Assembly (NCBI GenBank): GCA_944381325.1
Contig: CALWKS010000003.1
Span: forward strand, 265,204 to 329,203
Reading direction: 5' to 3'
DNA length: 64,000 bases
DNA from: an uncultured Christensenellaceae bacterium
Lineage (GTDB): Bacteria > Bacillota > Clostridia > Christensenellales > UBA3700
Shown here: positions 31,826 through 42,055 of the stretch, one piece after another
Numbering within the stretch: the first letter of the stretch is position 1
Layout of the letters: every line of letters starts with the position of its first letter
The notes under the pieces: model-generated
Told to the model about the DNA's origin: nothing
Seen by the model: only the letters and a program-made list of their open reading frames with translations
Database searches by the model: none
Program-made: the position numbers and the translations under genes

Positions 31826-33625
31826 ATGAAAAAACCGGCTATCGTATTTACGCTTTGCATTTTGTGTCTGATGTTCGCTCTGACGGCGGTTCTCATCTCC
31901 GCCCCGACGACGTCTGCTGACGAAATAAAAATTTATCCTGACGAGACGTCTCAATACGCCGCGTACGGCAAAGCTATCGCATATACGACGAATAAGAATG
32001 AACTGGTGCTTGCCACAGAAGGCGCTTCCTTTACGCTTACCAACGCTTACGCAGGCAAAAGCCGCAGCATAGCTATGAACGGCAATTACATATTCATTCT
32101 CTCCGTCGTTCAGGGCGAAAGCGTAGAAACGGTGTCATTTACCGCTTATCCCTACACTCTCGACCCCGTTTCAGTCGCTCAGGGCACGAACGCGCTCAGC
32201 CTTTTCAAGAACGTAAGACCTGAAGAAATTGCCAACAACGAATTTTACGTCAACGCCAAGGATACCAACGGACTGACGATGGGCGGTTACGATTATCTTT
32301 ACATCAGCGGCAATACGATATACTGCATGGCAAGCGCCGACTCTGCATACGGTGAAAGCGTTGCCGCGGACTGTGTTTTCTTCGGCGATCTCGAAACCCT
32401 TCAATGGAATAAACAGGGCGTGTCCCTCAAAGATTTCTCCGCATCTACCGACTTTGTAACCGTAGGCGAAACTATTTATTTCAATCAGGACGGCAAACTC
32501 AGCTCCACAAACACAAGCACGGGTACACAGTCCAACGTTCAGCTTGACGCTATATTCATAAAATCTCTTGCCTACGCAAACGGCATAATATACGCTCTTT
32601 CAGACGACGGCATTTATGCGATAAACCCTGCAGGTTTCGCTTATAAAAAACTCATAGGCAACACCTTCGACGGCAAAATCTGCATACTTGAACTTGACGG
32701 CGTAACTTACCTGCTCGCACAGGATATTGCAGGGAAAAATATCAAGCAGTACGTCTGCGAAGGCACTTTTGACAACGCTGCGCTCATCTATTACAACGTG
32801 TTCGACGGCATTGTATATCAAAATCCGTCTGAATACAGTCTGCTCAAAGTCGGCAAAATCGCTGCCGATACCAATGCGTATTTTTCCCCGAAAAATCTTA
32901 AAGTGGAATATTCGCTCAAAGCAGGCGATTACGTACTCGCTCTTGCCGCTCAGGACGGTTTTTATTATGTCAGAAACGAAGAAGGCAAAGTAGCTTACGT
33001 CAGAGAAAGCGATCTTTCTCTGCTCGAAGCCGACACGAATGCAGATATAGGCAAATATGCTCAAGCATTGCACGACGGAACGAATATTTATCTCTACCCT
33101 TACGTATCGGACGACATTGTTGCAACAGTCGGTATAGACGAACTGCTTATCGTAGTCGACAACGTCGCTTCCGATAACGGGACTCATGTGTGGGGATGGT
33201 ACAAAATCTGCATGGTGGGAGAAGACGGCTCTCTGACTTACGGCTATATTCAGAAGGAATACGCCAGCAAATATACCAATTTCAAACTTCCTTCCTTCTC
33301 CACAGACGCAACCGTCTCTGCAGAATCTCTCGGCGGAATAATCAACGTATATCTGCTCCCTGACGAAAAATCAGAAGTTCTCGGCAACCTTACCGACGGC
33401 GACAAGATCACTCTCGCGCAGGAGAAACTGGACACTTCGTCTGAATGGACCAAAATCGTATACAAGGATATGGTAGGTTATGTCAAAACATCCAACCTGA
33501 TCACCGAAGGGATAACTCCCCTGCAGATAACCTTGATCGTCGTATTCTCTGTCGTGATCGTAGCGACCGCGATAGTAGTCGTCCTTGTCGTAAAGAAACG
33601 CAAGGCTCAGAAGTTCGAATACTGA
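31826..33625 (+). CDS. secreted, C-terminally membrane-anchored protein with SH3b-like repeats
   Basis: 599 aa. Signal peptide [31 protein letters not shown] and C-terminal [30 protein letters not shown]3-like segments [31 protein letters not shown] and [19 protein letters not shown]. Confidence 0.55.
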   Translation: MKKPAIVFTLCILCLMFALTAVLISAPTTSADEIKIYPDETSQYAAYGKAIAYTTNKNELVLATEGASFTLTNAYAGKSRSIAMNGNYIFILSVVQGESVETVSFTAYPYTLDPVSVAQGTNALSLFKNVRPEEIANNEFYVNAKDTNGLTMGGYDYLYISGNTIYCMASADSAYGESVAADCVFFGDLETLQWNKQGVSLKDFSASTDFVTVGETIYFNQDGKLSSTNTSTGTQSNVQLDAIFIKSLAYANGIIYALSDDGIYAINPAGFAYKKLIGNTFDGKICILELDGVTYLLAQDIAGKNIKQYVCEGTFDNAALIYYNVFDGIVYQNPSEYSLLKVGKIAADTNAYFSPKNLKVEYSLKAGDYVLALAAQDGFYYVRNEEGKVAYVRESDLSLLEADTNADIGKYAQALHDGTNIYLYPYVSDDIVATVGIDELLIVVDNVASDNGTHVWGWYKICMVGEDGSLTYGYIQKEYASKYTNFKLPSFSTDATVSAESLGGIINVYLLPDEKSEVLGNLTDGDKITLAQEKLDTSSEWTKIVYKDMVGYVKTSNLITEGITPLQITLIVVFSVVIVATAIVVVLVVKKRKAQKFEY

Positions 33626-33698
33626 CCGATTATCTGCGCAAGACAAACTTTTGTCATGCGCTTCAGACACGGAAAAAACTCAAAACGAGGAACTTTAT

Positions 33699-34976
33699 AT
33701 GAAAGCAACAATGACTCAACAGATTCTCGCAAAGAAGTTGGGAATCAAAGCTACGGACCCCTCTCTCAAAGCGGGCAATCTCGTACTGGTCGAAGCCGAC
33801 ACTGCTCTCTCAAACGACGTTACCGCACCCGTTGCGATCGACGTTTTCAACAAGAGCGGCTGCGCGCTGTGCGACGCTAAAAAGGTAACTTTCGTTCTCG
33901 ACCACTTCACTCCCAACCGCGACATTCAGTCTGCAAAACAATGCAAGATCGTGCGCGACTTCGCACGTGAAAAAGGCGTTGAAAACTTCTTCGACGTCGG
34001 TGAAATGGGCATAGAACACGCTCTGCTTCCCGAAATAGGCATTGCTAAGCCCTGGGACGTTATTATCGGCGCAGACAGCCACACCTGCACTTACGGCGCT
34101 CTAGGCGCATTCTCCACCGGCGTGGGAAGCACTGACATCGCAGGAATAATGATGAGCGGAAAAATATGGCTCAAAGTGCCTTCCGCAATAAAGTTCAACC
34201 TTGTAGGCAAACCTTCTGCAAGCATAAGCGGCAAAGACGTCATCCTTTACATTATAGGAAAAATCGGCGTTGACGGCGCGCTTTACAAATCGATAGAATT
34301 TGCAGGCGAAGGCGTAAAATACATGACGGCTGACGACCGTTTCACGATATGCAATATGGCTATCGAATGCGGCGCGAAAAACGGCGTTTTCCCGATAGAC
34401 GAAACAACGGACGCTTACACCTCTGAGTCTTGCGGAAAGACTTTCGAACGCTTCGAAACTCCTGACGACGAAGCTTACGAAAAAGTCATCGATATAGACC
34501 TCTCCTCTATCCGTCCTATAGTTGCAAAGCCGCATCTGCCCAGCAATACCGAGTTCGTAGACGAGCTCAAAGAGGATATAAAAATAGACCAGGTAGTCAT
34601 CGGTAGCTGTACCAACGGCAGACTCAGCGACCTTGAACAGGCGGCTAAAGTCCTCGAAGGCAGACACGTGAATAAAAACGTGCGCACCATCGTTATCCCC
34701 GCCACCAACAAAATATATCTTCAGGCGCTTGAAAAAGGATATATTTCGACCTTTATCAAGGGCGGCGCGATAGTCTCCACCCCGACCTGCGGACCTTGCC
34801 TCGGCGGACATATGGGCATACTGGCAAGCGACGAAGTCGCTATCACCACGACCAACCGCAACTTTATCGGCAGAATGGGTGCTAAAGACAGCTATATTTA
34901 CCTCGCTTCTCCGGCAACGGCTATGGCGAGCGCTATAGCAGGCAAAATCACAAGCGCAGACAAACTGGAGGACTAA
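33699..34976 (+). CDS. leuC: 3-isopropylmalate dehydratase large subunit (short, archaeal-type aconitase-family protein)
   Basis: The ORF track gives 33651..34976; the likely start is the ATG at 33699 ([10 protein letters not shown]). Motifs [23 protein letters not shown] and GSCTNGR...TCGPCLG (Fe-S cluster Cys ligands). Confidence 0.88.
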   Translation: MKATMTQQILAKKLGIKATDPSLKAGNLVLVEADTALSNDVTAPVAIDVFNKSGCALCDAKKVTFVLDHFTPNRDIQSAKQCKIVRDFAREKGVENFFDVGEMGIEHALLPEIGIAKPWDVIIGADSHTCTYGALGAFSTGVGSTDIAGIMMSGKIWLKVPSAIKFNLVGKPSASISGKDVILYIIGKIGVDGALYKSIEFAGEGVKYMTADDRFTICNMAIECGAKNGVFPIDETTDAYTSESCGKTFERFETPDDEAYEKVIDIDLSSIRPIVAKPHLPSNTEFVDELKEDIKIDQVVIGSCTNGRLSDLEQAAKVLEGRHVNKNVRTIVIPATNKIYLQALEKGYISTFIKGGAIVSTPTCGPCLGGHMGILASDEVAITTTNRNFIGRMGAKDSYIYLASPATAMASAIAGKITSADKLED

Positions 34977-34977
34977 T

Positions 34978-35469
34978 ATGATCAAAGGCAAAGCATTCAA
35001 ATTCGGCGACGATATCGACACCGACATAATCGTACCTGCGACCTATCTTTCGACATTTGACCCGAAAGAACTCGCAAAACACTGCATGGAATACACCAAC
35101 CCCGAATTCTACGGAGAAGTCAAAGAAGGCGACATCATCGTTGCTGGCAAGAATTTCGGCTGCGGATCTTCGAGAGAACACGCCCCGATAGCTATCAAGG
35201 GTTGCGGCGTTTCCATCGTCATTGCAAAATCGTTTGCGCGTATTTTTTACCGCAATGCGCTCAATATCGGCCTTTACATTCTCGAATGTCCCGAAGCCGT
35301 TGACGGTATAAATGCAGGCGACACCGTCGAAGTCAATGTAGACACAGGCGTTATCACAAATGCTACCACGGGCAAAAGCTGGCAAGCCGCTCCGTTCCCC
35401 AAGTTTATTCAGAACATCATCGAATGCGGCGGTCTCATAAACGCTATCAAAGCGGATAAATTCAACTGA
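34978..35469 (+). CDS. leuD: 3-isopropylmalate dehydratase small subunit
   Basis: 163 aa. [21 protein letters not shown], with the start 1 nt after the leuC stop. Confidence 0.88.
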   Translation: MIKGKAFKFGDDIDTDIIVPATYLSTFDPKELAKHCMEYTNPEFYGEVKEGDIIVAGKNFGCGSSREHAPIAIKGCGVSIVIAKSFARIFYRNALNIGLYILECPEAVDGINAGDTVEVNVDTGVITNATTGKSWQAAPFPKFIQNIIECGGLINAIKADKFN

Positions 35470-35478
35470 GGTATATAA

Positions 35479-36540
35479 ATGAAATACAATATTACTGTAA
35501 TTCCCGGCGACGGTATAGGTCCTGAAGTTACTTCGGCGGCTGTCGAAGTGCTTAAAGAAATAGGCAACAAGTTCAATCACACTTTCAATTTCGAATACAG
35601 CATCTGCGGCGGTGCGGCTTACGACAAATACGGCGAACCGCTCCCCGCGGAAAGCCTTGAAAAATGCCTTAAAAGCGACAGCGTTCTGCTTGGCGCGGTA
35701 GGCGGTCCGCAGTACGACTCTCTCCCCTACGAAAAGCGTCCCGAACGCGCTCTTCTAGGCGTAAGAAAGGCAATGGGACTTTACGCAAACCTGCGTCCTG
35801 CAAAACTCTTCGACGCGCTTGCAAACGTATGCCCGCTCAAGAATCCCAAAAACATTGATATGCTTGTCGTAAGAGAACTTATCGGCGGCATCTATTTCGG
35901 TGAAAAAGGCATCCGCGAAGGCAAATACGGCAGAGAGGGCTACGACGTAATGGCGTACGGTGAGCTCGAAGTCGAGCGCATATGCCGCCTTGCTTTCGAA
36001 CTCGCTCAGAAACGCCGCGGCAAAGTCTCCAGCGTTGACAAAGCCAACGTACTCAAGACATCTGGCATATGGCGCAAAGTCGTACACGACATCCACGAGG
36101 ATTACCCCGACGTTGTCTTAGAGGACGTTCTTGTCGACAACATGGCTATGCAGCTTGTCCGCGATCCTTCTCAGTTTGACGTGATAGTAACGGGCAACCT
36201 GTTCGGCGACATACTCTCCGACCTTGCTTCTCAGTGCGTAGGAAGCATAGGCATTCTGCCTTCCGCAAGCCTCAACGAAACCACCAGAGGTCTCTACGAG
36301 CCCATCCACGGCTCCGCACCGACGATCGCAGGCAAGAATATCGCCAACCCGATCGCAACGATTCTCTCCGCATCCATGATGCTGAGATACGCCTTCGATC
36401 TCTCCAAAGAAGCCGACGCCCTCGACGCGGCAGTCGAAAAGACTCTCAACGACGGCGTCCGCACCGCAGACCTCGCAGAAGAAGGCAAACCCGTCCTCGG
36501 CACCCGCGAAATGACGGAAGAAATTCTCAAGAGACTGTAA
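35479..36540 (+). CDS. leuB: 3-isopropylmalate dehydrogenase
   Basis: 353 aa. ITVIPGDGIGPEV, NLRPAK, VRELIGGIYFG, NLFGDILSD, EPIHGSAP. Confidence 0.93.
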   Translation: MKYNITVIPGDGIGPEVTSAAVEVLKEIGNKFNHTFNFEYSICGGAAYDKYGEPLPAESLEKCLKSDSVLLGAVGGPQYDSLPYEKRPERALLGVRKAMGLYANLRPAKLFDALANVCPLKNPKNIDMLVVRELIGGIYFGEKGIREGKYGREGYDVMAYGELEVERICRLAFELAQKRRGKVSSVDKANVLKTSGIWRKVVHDIHEDYPDVVLEDVLVDNMAMQLVRDPSQFDVIVTGNLFGDILSDLASQCVGSIGILPSASLNETTRGLYEPIHGSAPTIAGKNIANPIATILSASMMLRYAFDLSKEADALDAAVEKTLNDGVRTADLAEEGKPVLGTREMTEEILKRL

Positions 36541-36575
36541 TTCTTTATTAATCTGTTTGTTTAAAACGTGATTTA

Positions 36576-36607
36576 AAAAGACCTGCATAATCCGCGGGTC
36601 TTTTTTA
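36576..36607 (+). terminator. rho-independent terminator after leuB
   Basis: Stem GACCTGC / GCGGGTC (one G:U pair) with a 7-nt loop, then TTTTTT. Confidence 0.75.
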
Positions 36608-36704
36608 TTATATTACGATTTCAATAAGAACGTCGCAATGAACTTATTGCAATAAATATAAATTTGACATTTAATTCAGAGTCTTAAATCAAATCTTCGG
36701 GAAT

Positions 36705-36736
36705 TAAAAAAGCAGTGCTTAAAGCACTGCTTTTTA
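36705..36736. terminator. bidirectional terminator at the 3-prime end of the six-gene minus-strand operon
   Basis: AAAAAA, then stem AGCAGTGC / GCACTGCT, then TTTTT, 9 nt beyond the stop of the 36745..37536 gene. Confidence 0.75.
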
Positions 36737-36744
36737 TTTGCAGA

Positions 36745-37536
36745 TTATTTTAAATTATCCTGCCAGTTCTTATGTGCGTAATAATTGTTTATCTGTGTAT
36801 TCTGACGTTGTTCGTGTTTCCTCCCCCTCAATATGAGTACATCGCTGTACGGCGCATCAAACATCGTTTTCATGACTTCGCTGTATTTTTCAGGGTCAAT
36901 ATTCTTGCATGAGAATATATCCATAAGAACTTCTCCTGTCTCATAGCAATAATGCATTGCGATATGACTTTCAGCAATAAGAACTATTCCTGACATATAT
37001 TCTGCATTTTCTATTTTGTCTTTAAGAACACACGGGCGACTTATCGGATGCATATTTACATCATAAGGTAATTTGTCAAGCTTTTCAGTAAATTCGTCAA
37101 TTGTCGGCACATGATTGAGCTTTGCGCTTATCATATAATGGGGTCCGAAATCTGCAACGTCGTACATTCCCATATCGTTTTTCTTAAACTCGCTTCTGTC
37201 TATTCTTTTAATGAAAAAAGCATCGCAAGGAAACTCTTTTTTCAACAGTTTTTCAAGCAAATCTGCTGAAGCAAAACCGTCATAAAGAATATCAAGAAAA
37301 TAGCAATCAAGCTGAGGAAAAGTATGTATCGTGAGATGCCCTCCTTTGAGCAGCACAAATGCGCTTATACCCACGTCCTCCAGCTTTTCGCAATAATAAT
37401 AAGGAATAAGCTGCGGAGGCATAATCGACTTTAATCTCATAGATTTGACTATTTTATTCAGCACTTCATAAACATCCATCAAGTTATCCAAACGCTGAGT
37501 GCTGCATCCATACGAGTCCACCAGAACGTGTATCAT
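36745..37536 (-). CDS. tandem AdoMetDC-like (SpeH/pyruvoyl-enzyme fold) protein; N-terminal half degenerate, C-terminal half retains the ES self-cleavage motif
   Basis: 263 aa. Half 1, GISAFVLLKGGHLTIHTFPQLDCYFLDIL, aligns with the class-1 AdoMetDC motif (ISESHLTIHTWPE...IDLFTCG) but has GG in place of ES. Half 2, GIVLIAESHIAMHYCYETGEVLMDIFSCK, keeps ES-H. Confidence 0.6.
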   Translation of the reverse strand: MIHVLVDSYGCSTQRLDNLMDVYEVLNKIVKSMRLKSIMPPQLIPYYYCEKLEDVGISAFVLLKGGHLTIHTFPQLDCYFLDILYDGFASADLLEKLLKKEFPCDAFFIKRIDRSEFKKNDMGMYDVADFGPHYMISAKLNHVPTIDEFTEKLDKLPYDVNMHPISRPCVLKDKIENAEYMSGIVLIAESHIAMHYCYETGEVLMDIFSCKNIDPEKYSEVMKTMFDAPYSDVLILRGRKHEQRQNTQINNYYAHKNWQDNLK

Positions 37537-37537
37537 T

Positions 37538-38248
37538 TTAATTCTCCCTGTAGTATTTAGTAATTATATCGCTTTCCGAAAAATCATCGAGATTGATATA
37601 TGTCAAGTATTTACTTTCGCCATAAACTGAACGTTCTTTAAGCATATGCCAACATTCTACAGAATCTTCGTATAGAATATCGTAAAAATCAAATGTTTCT
37701 CCACCGGTGTTAAAACACGATTTTTTACCTTCTTTTACAATTTTAAAATCATTGAGAAATTCTAAATCCGTTACCAGATTTTTCATTAAAGTAAAAATGA
37801 TTTCTCTATTCTGTTCACTGCCCGAAAGCCTGTTCTTCCACTCATAAATTATACCGTAATATCTGCTGTATTCCCTATATTCTTTGGATAATATACCTCT
37901 GAATATCGACTCAGGATTGTAGAGAATATCTCTTTTTATTTCAGTAAGCGCGTAAATAATAACATCTAGATTGCATTGCTCTGCCTTGTAAAGTAGCTCG
38001 AATATCGAAACTATGTTGCGCGCATATTTACATTCGCCTTGCTTTGAAGAAGATTGCCCGACTTTCAGCCATTTGCAATAAGCAACTGCAAAAGCCACGT
38101 GCATCAATCTGTACATCTGCGCAATACTCCTCATATCCCGCGCATCTGCTTCAGGCATACCTGTCAACAATCTTATAGTCTTTTCGTCTCTTACAAGTCC
38201 GTTAACATACGTCGCAAGTTCTCTGTAGTTGTTTATTGCATATTCCAT
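37538..38248 (-). CDS. hypothetical protein (236 aa), no recognisable domain
   Basis: ORF with a GGAG RBS. Its start is 2 nt after the upstream stop and its stop is 1 nt before the next start, so it is translationally coupled within the operon. Confidence 0.5.
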   Translation of the reverse strand: MEYAINNYRELATYVNGLVRDEKTIRLLTGMPEADARDMRSIAQMYRLMHVAFAVAYCKWLKVGQSSSKQGECKYARNIVSIFELLYKAEQCNLDVIIYALTEIKRDILYNPESIFRGILSKEYREYSRYYGIIYEWKNRLSGSEQNREIIFTLMKNLVTDLEFLNDFKIVKEGKKSCFNTGGETFDFYDILYEDSVECWHMLKERSVYGESKYLTYINLDDFSESDIITKYYREN

Positions 38249-38250
38249 AT

Positions 38251-39150
38251 TTACTCCACGATTATTCTTGCCAGTTTCTTATAACGTTCAAGAGCTGTTT
38301 TTTCATCTTCTGCCAAAGCCTTGTTTCTTTGCAAATCGTAAAGAATGCCTTCTTGCCATTTAAAACGGCTTATTTCGTTTATCCCGAAACAGTCTTCAGA
38401 AATAAAATCTTTGCATATCCTCAGATTTCCCAGCTGTTCAAGCCTTTTGGCAACGTCAGCAGCAGCATTAGAGAGCTGGCGTACTCCGTCTATTTCAACA
38501 TCTGACGGAACAACTGTAGGAAGCAAAATAATATCGGTGTCGTCCCCGAAATTCCCTACTCTCATACTCATTCGCCCCAAATAATTAAAAGTTCCTATTC
38601 TGAACTGAATTGTCGGCCTCATACAAAATACAAGTTTATCCGCAATTTCAACGGCAAGTCTTGCTGAAAACTGATCTCCTGCCGCAGAATCCGCAACAGC
38701 AATTCTTACCCTGTTATTAACACAAAAATGTCTGAATTTTGACAATACGGCTTCTCTTGCGCCATCTATGACCGCTCTGTCAACAGTGTTACTGCTGTCA
38801 TCTACCCCCAAAAACATTACCGTATTGTCGTTTTCAAGTCCTAACTTTTTGCCAACCGGTTTAAAATGTTTATACAACGGATGATCCTGGATGCTTTCTC
38901 CGACGGAATTCTGAGGCCAGTTTTCTTCTCCCTTAATAAATTCTTTGACGTCGAACTGTCCTTTGAATTCATCCTGCATACCCAGAAGATAGGTCATACC
39001 TGCGCTCTCGATATCCATGTCGAGAAGAAGTATCGGAGCCCTGCCGTTTGCTCCGCTTTCCTGTGCAAGCAGCGGAAGGGTGTTGAGACAGGTTGTGCTT
39101 CTGCCCGCGCCGCCTTTATATGAAAAGAAAGTTGTAAATACTGTTGCCAT
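38251..39150 (-). CDS. ParA/MinD-like P-loop ATPase with a variant deviant Walker A (KGGAGRS)
   Basis: 299 aa. FFSYKGGAGRSTTCLNTL corresponds to KGGxGK(S/T)T of the ParA/MinD family but has Arg in place of the second Lys. Also ILLLDMDIESAG and RIAVADSAAGD (Walker B-like). Confidence 0.65.
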   Translation of the reverse strand: MATVFTTFFSYKGGAGRSTTCLNTLPLLAQESGANGRAPILLLDMDIESAGMTYLLGMQDEFKGQFDVKEFIKGEENWPQNSVGESIQDHPLYKHFKPVGKKLGLENDNTVMFLGVDDSSNTVDRAVIDGAREAVLSKFRHFCVNNRVRIAVADSAAGDQFSARLAVEIADKLVFCMRPTIQFRIGTFNYLGRMSMRVGNFGDDTDIILLPTVVPSDVEIDGVRQLSNAAADVAKRLEQLGNLRICKDFISEDCFGINEISRFKWQEGILYDLQRNKALAEDEKTALERYKKLARIIVE

Positions 39151-39151
39151 A

Positions 39152-40972
39152 TTATTTGTCTCCCCCTAAAAGATTGATAAGAGTATCAGGTTTATTCTTG
39201 AGTTCTCTGACCCATCCGTCAGCAAATTTTTCTGCGTCAGTTCTGAGTTTGATTCTGAGCTGATCCGCATCAGCGGCACTTTCTGTATTTACTCTGACGT
39301 ATTTATCTATAAAGCTGTAAATCATATCTCCTAAGAGCTTTTGCAATGTTTTTTCATGTTCTTCCAGCACAACATCTTTACCGAAATTTGAGTCAATTAT
39401 GTGAGTAAACGTATTTGTCAGCAAAACACAGAAAGAATCTTTTATGCTCTTTCTTAAAATGTTTTCAATAACGTAACTTTGTCTTAACGTTTCCAGTTCC
39501 TTTTCATGTTCCGCAGCAACATCCTGTTTTGTCTGTTCTCTTAAGCGCTTTTCAATACGCTTTGCTACTCTGTCTTCTGCTTCTTTTTCAAGCTCTTTCT
39601 TTGTTTTAAGACGCTCAGCGTATTCTCTTTCATACGTATCGTAATACATATAGAAGTCTGCAATCGCTTCTATATAACGTTCTGTATTCTCAACATCATA
39701 GGTCATGTTATCCCAAATCCAGTCCTGAGCGTTCATTCTTTCAAACAGCTCAAGGAAAAGCGTGCTCATCTGCTTTTGCGGATATTTTGAAATATAGAAA
39801 GCAATAAGGTTGTTAGCTTTAACAAGAATAGGAATTATACGTGCGTCTATCATCCTCTCAGTGTTAAGCAGCCTTATATACTTATCTCCCTTAGACTCAT
39901 GCAGAGACTGATAATTCATGTAATAAGTATCTACGATGTATTCTTTGTTTTCTTTTGAGAGCTGCTCGTATATTCGCTGAACGTTCTGCAATGCAGCATT
40001 CATAGTTGCGATAACGTCTTCCTGCTCCTCTTCGTTATCTCTAATGTTTGCATAACCGTAGACCAGAATAAATACCACATAAATAGTGTTGAACAACGCG
40101 TTTGAAGAAGAAGATTTCAAAATGTCGTCTTTCGTTATCGTTCTGATATTCTCGAGAAAATCATCACTTACAAGATCCGTCTTCAGAACCGTCTTGTATT
40201 TCTGCCATACATTTTCTGCAATTTTTTTACAAGCCTTAGACCAATCCTGCTCGATATGAGAATTTGCCTTATTTTCGTTAATCAATGCAATAAGTTCGCT
40301 GTCAGCGCCTTCGCCGCTGCCGTCGTCAAGCATTACGTTGTCTTCAAAGTCGCTGTATGCTTCGAGAACAGAATACGTAAAGAACAAAGACGGCCTTTTA
40401 CAATCCATAGTATAGTTCCATCCGAGAGGATTGTCCGCGGTTCCTATAACGGATTCATTGAATTTATTTATAATTTTTCTGATATGCTTAACAATGAGAT
40501 CATCATATTTTTGTTTTAAATCGATTATACCTGATTTTATTGCCTTTCTTACGCTTGCCAGCAAGGACAGCGTCCATGTCATAGCTCCCGTATAAGGGTA
40601 AACCGATGAAAACAGTTCGGCATTTTTCTTCTCAGAAACATAAGGGTAAAGATCGTAACCTTTATTGTCGATATAATCGAGTATCCCGATAAGACATCCT
40701 TCAAGATCTTCCTTATATTCTTCAGGCAAAACTACATTCATTCTGTTTATCAGCGAAAAAATACCCGTACAACCGAACACATCGCTGAAAAAGCCTATTT
40801 TTCTCTCTTTGTCATCTGAAATAAAATGCAGTTTACCATCAACCTTAACCGTCATTTGCCACAAGCTTTGCAAAATCTTTTCGCCAATGACTTTTACGTC
40901 AACGTAATTTTTAAAAGTGGACGACTGATCAGTCCGTCCGGGGAACAAAACCTGTTTAATACTGTCTCTCAT
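39152..40972 (-). CDS. hypothetical protein (606 aa), helical, with a charged coiled-coil-like C-terminal region
   Basis: ORF in the operon. No motif recognised by eye. The E/K/R-rich segment YEREYAERLKTKKELEKEAEDRVAKRIEKRLREQTKQDVAAEHEKELETLRQ suggests a coiled coil. Confidence 0.5.
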   Translation of the reverse strand: MRDSIKQVLFPGRTDQSSTFKNYVDVKVIGEKILQSLWQMTVKVDGKLHFISDDKERKIGFFSDVFGCTGIFSLINRMNVVLPEEYKEDLEGCLIGILDYIDNKGYDLYPYVSEKKNAELFSSVYPYTGAMTWTLSLLASVRKAIKSGIIDLKQKYDDLIVKHIRKIINKFNESVIGTADNPLGWNYTMDCKRPSLFFTYSVLEAYSDFEDNVMLDDGSGEGADSELIALINENKANSHIEQDWSKACKKIAENVWQKYKTVLKTDLVSDDFLENIRTITKDDILKSSSSNALFNTIYVVFILVYGYANIRDNEEEQEDVIATMNAALQNVQRIYEQLSKENKEYIVDTYYMNYQSLHESKGDKYIRLLNTERMIDARIIPILVKANNLIAFYISKYPQKQMSTLFLELFERMNAQDWIWDNMTYDVENTERYIEAIADFYMYYDTYEREYAERLKTKKELEKEAEDRVAKRIEKRLREQTKQDVAAEHEKELETLRQSYVIENILRKSIKDSFCVLLTNTFTHIIDSNFGKDVVLEEHEKTLQKLLGDMIYSFIDKYVRVNTESAADADQLRIKLRTDAEKFADGWVRELKNKPDTLINLLGGDK

Positions 40973-40998
40973 ACCTTTTCTCCAGAGTACTTTATTTT

Positions 40999-42042
40999 TC
41001 AGTTAATGTGCTTGGTCAAGCAATGGAATCCTCCGCCGCCTAGATACGCTTCGGAAGCGTCAAGCATTATTATGTCCCTGTCGGGATAAACTTCTTTTAC
41101 TATCTTATAAGCTTCTTTATCTTCTTTCAGTCCGAACGAAGGCAATATTACTGCACCGTTCACCTGAGCGTAATTCACGTATGTGTAAAGGACTACGTCC
41201 CCGCTCTTCCTTGAATAACTGCCTGCAACATCCAATATATTACTGCTGTCAGATTCAGTTCTCATATGAAAAGACGGCACGGGAAGTTTTACTATATTAT
41301 AATAATTTCCGTCAGCATCTTTTACCGAACTGAGCAATTTGTATAAATTCTGCGTTACCTTATAATGAGGATTAGTTTTATCGTCAGTATAAGACAGCAA
41401 CATTGTGTGTTTGTCGGCAAACGCCAGCACATTGTCGATATGCCCTCCTGTTTCGTCACCTTCAAGCCCGTATGGCAACCATACAATCTGTTTGCTGCCG
41501 GTAGCTTTAAGAAGGATTTTCTCTATCTGAGCTTTGCTCATCGACGGATTTCTATTGTCGTTTACCACGCTGTCTTCAACAATGAAAATTGTTCCGTTAC
41601 CGTCAGGAGTGATATTTCCCCATTCCATTGTAACTGGATAACGACTTATTTCATATCCGAACAATCGGCTTGTCAAAGTTTCGTTAAGAGCAGCATCCTT
41701 ATCCCATGAAGCATACATTCTGCCACCGTAAGCGTTAAAGCCTAAAGCACATATTTTTTTATCGTTGTCATCAAAGCACACGCTTCCCAGCATATCTCTT
41801 GCCCAACAATCGTCGTATTCCACCTCGAAAAGCTCTACATCAGATTCAAAAGCATATTGTTCGCGAATTTTATCTTTCATCCCTGGTAAAACTCCAAGAA
41901 CTACCTTCTGATATCTTGCAATAGAATTTACAAGTGCGGTCATCATTTTCTGAGCAGGGATTGCGTTTTCTCTCCAGACGTCTTCTCTGTAAGGAAAAAG
42001 CGTTATCGTCGCCAGTTGTTTTTCGTACTCTCCTTTTAACAT
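40999..42042 (-). CDS. agmatine deiminase / peptidylarginine deiminase-family (guanidino-group modifying) enzyme homolog
   Basis: The ORF track gives 40999..42084; the likely start is the ATG at 42042 (MLKGEYEKQ) after a GGAGG RBS. Motifs DDCWARDMLG, ETGGHIDNVLAF, and C-terminal GGGGFHCLTKHIN with the catalytic Cys context of the family. Confidence 0.75.
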   Translation of the reverse strand: MLKGEYEKQLATITLFPYREDVWRENAIPAQKMMTALVNSIARYQKVVLGVLPGMKDKIREQYAFESDVELFEVEYDDCWARDMLGSVCFDDNDKKICALGFNAYGGRMYASWDKDAALNETLTSRLFGYEISRYPVTMEWGNITPDGNGTIFIVEDSVVNDNRNPSMSKAQIEKILLKATGSKQIVWLPYGLEGDETGGHIDNVLAFADKHTMLLSYTDDKTNPHYKVTQNLYKLLSSVKDADGNYYNIVKLPVPSFHMRTESDSSNILDVAGSYSRKSGDVVLYTYVNYAQVNGAVILPSFGLKEDKEAYKIVKEVYPDRDIIMLDASEAYLGGGGFHCLTKHIN

Positions 42043-42055
42043 AAAAACCTCCGGA

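Noticed and set aside
34101-36588. Several long minus-strand ORFs (34101..35027, 34948..35580, 35755..36096, 36118..36588) across leuC, leuD and leuB.
   Set aside because: They are antisense shadows of strongly supported leu genes in a GC-richer region, and their translations are low-complexity.
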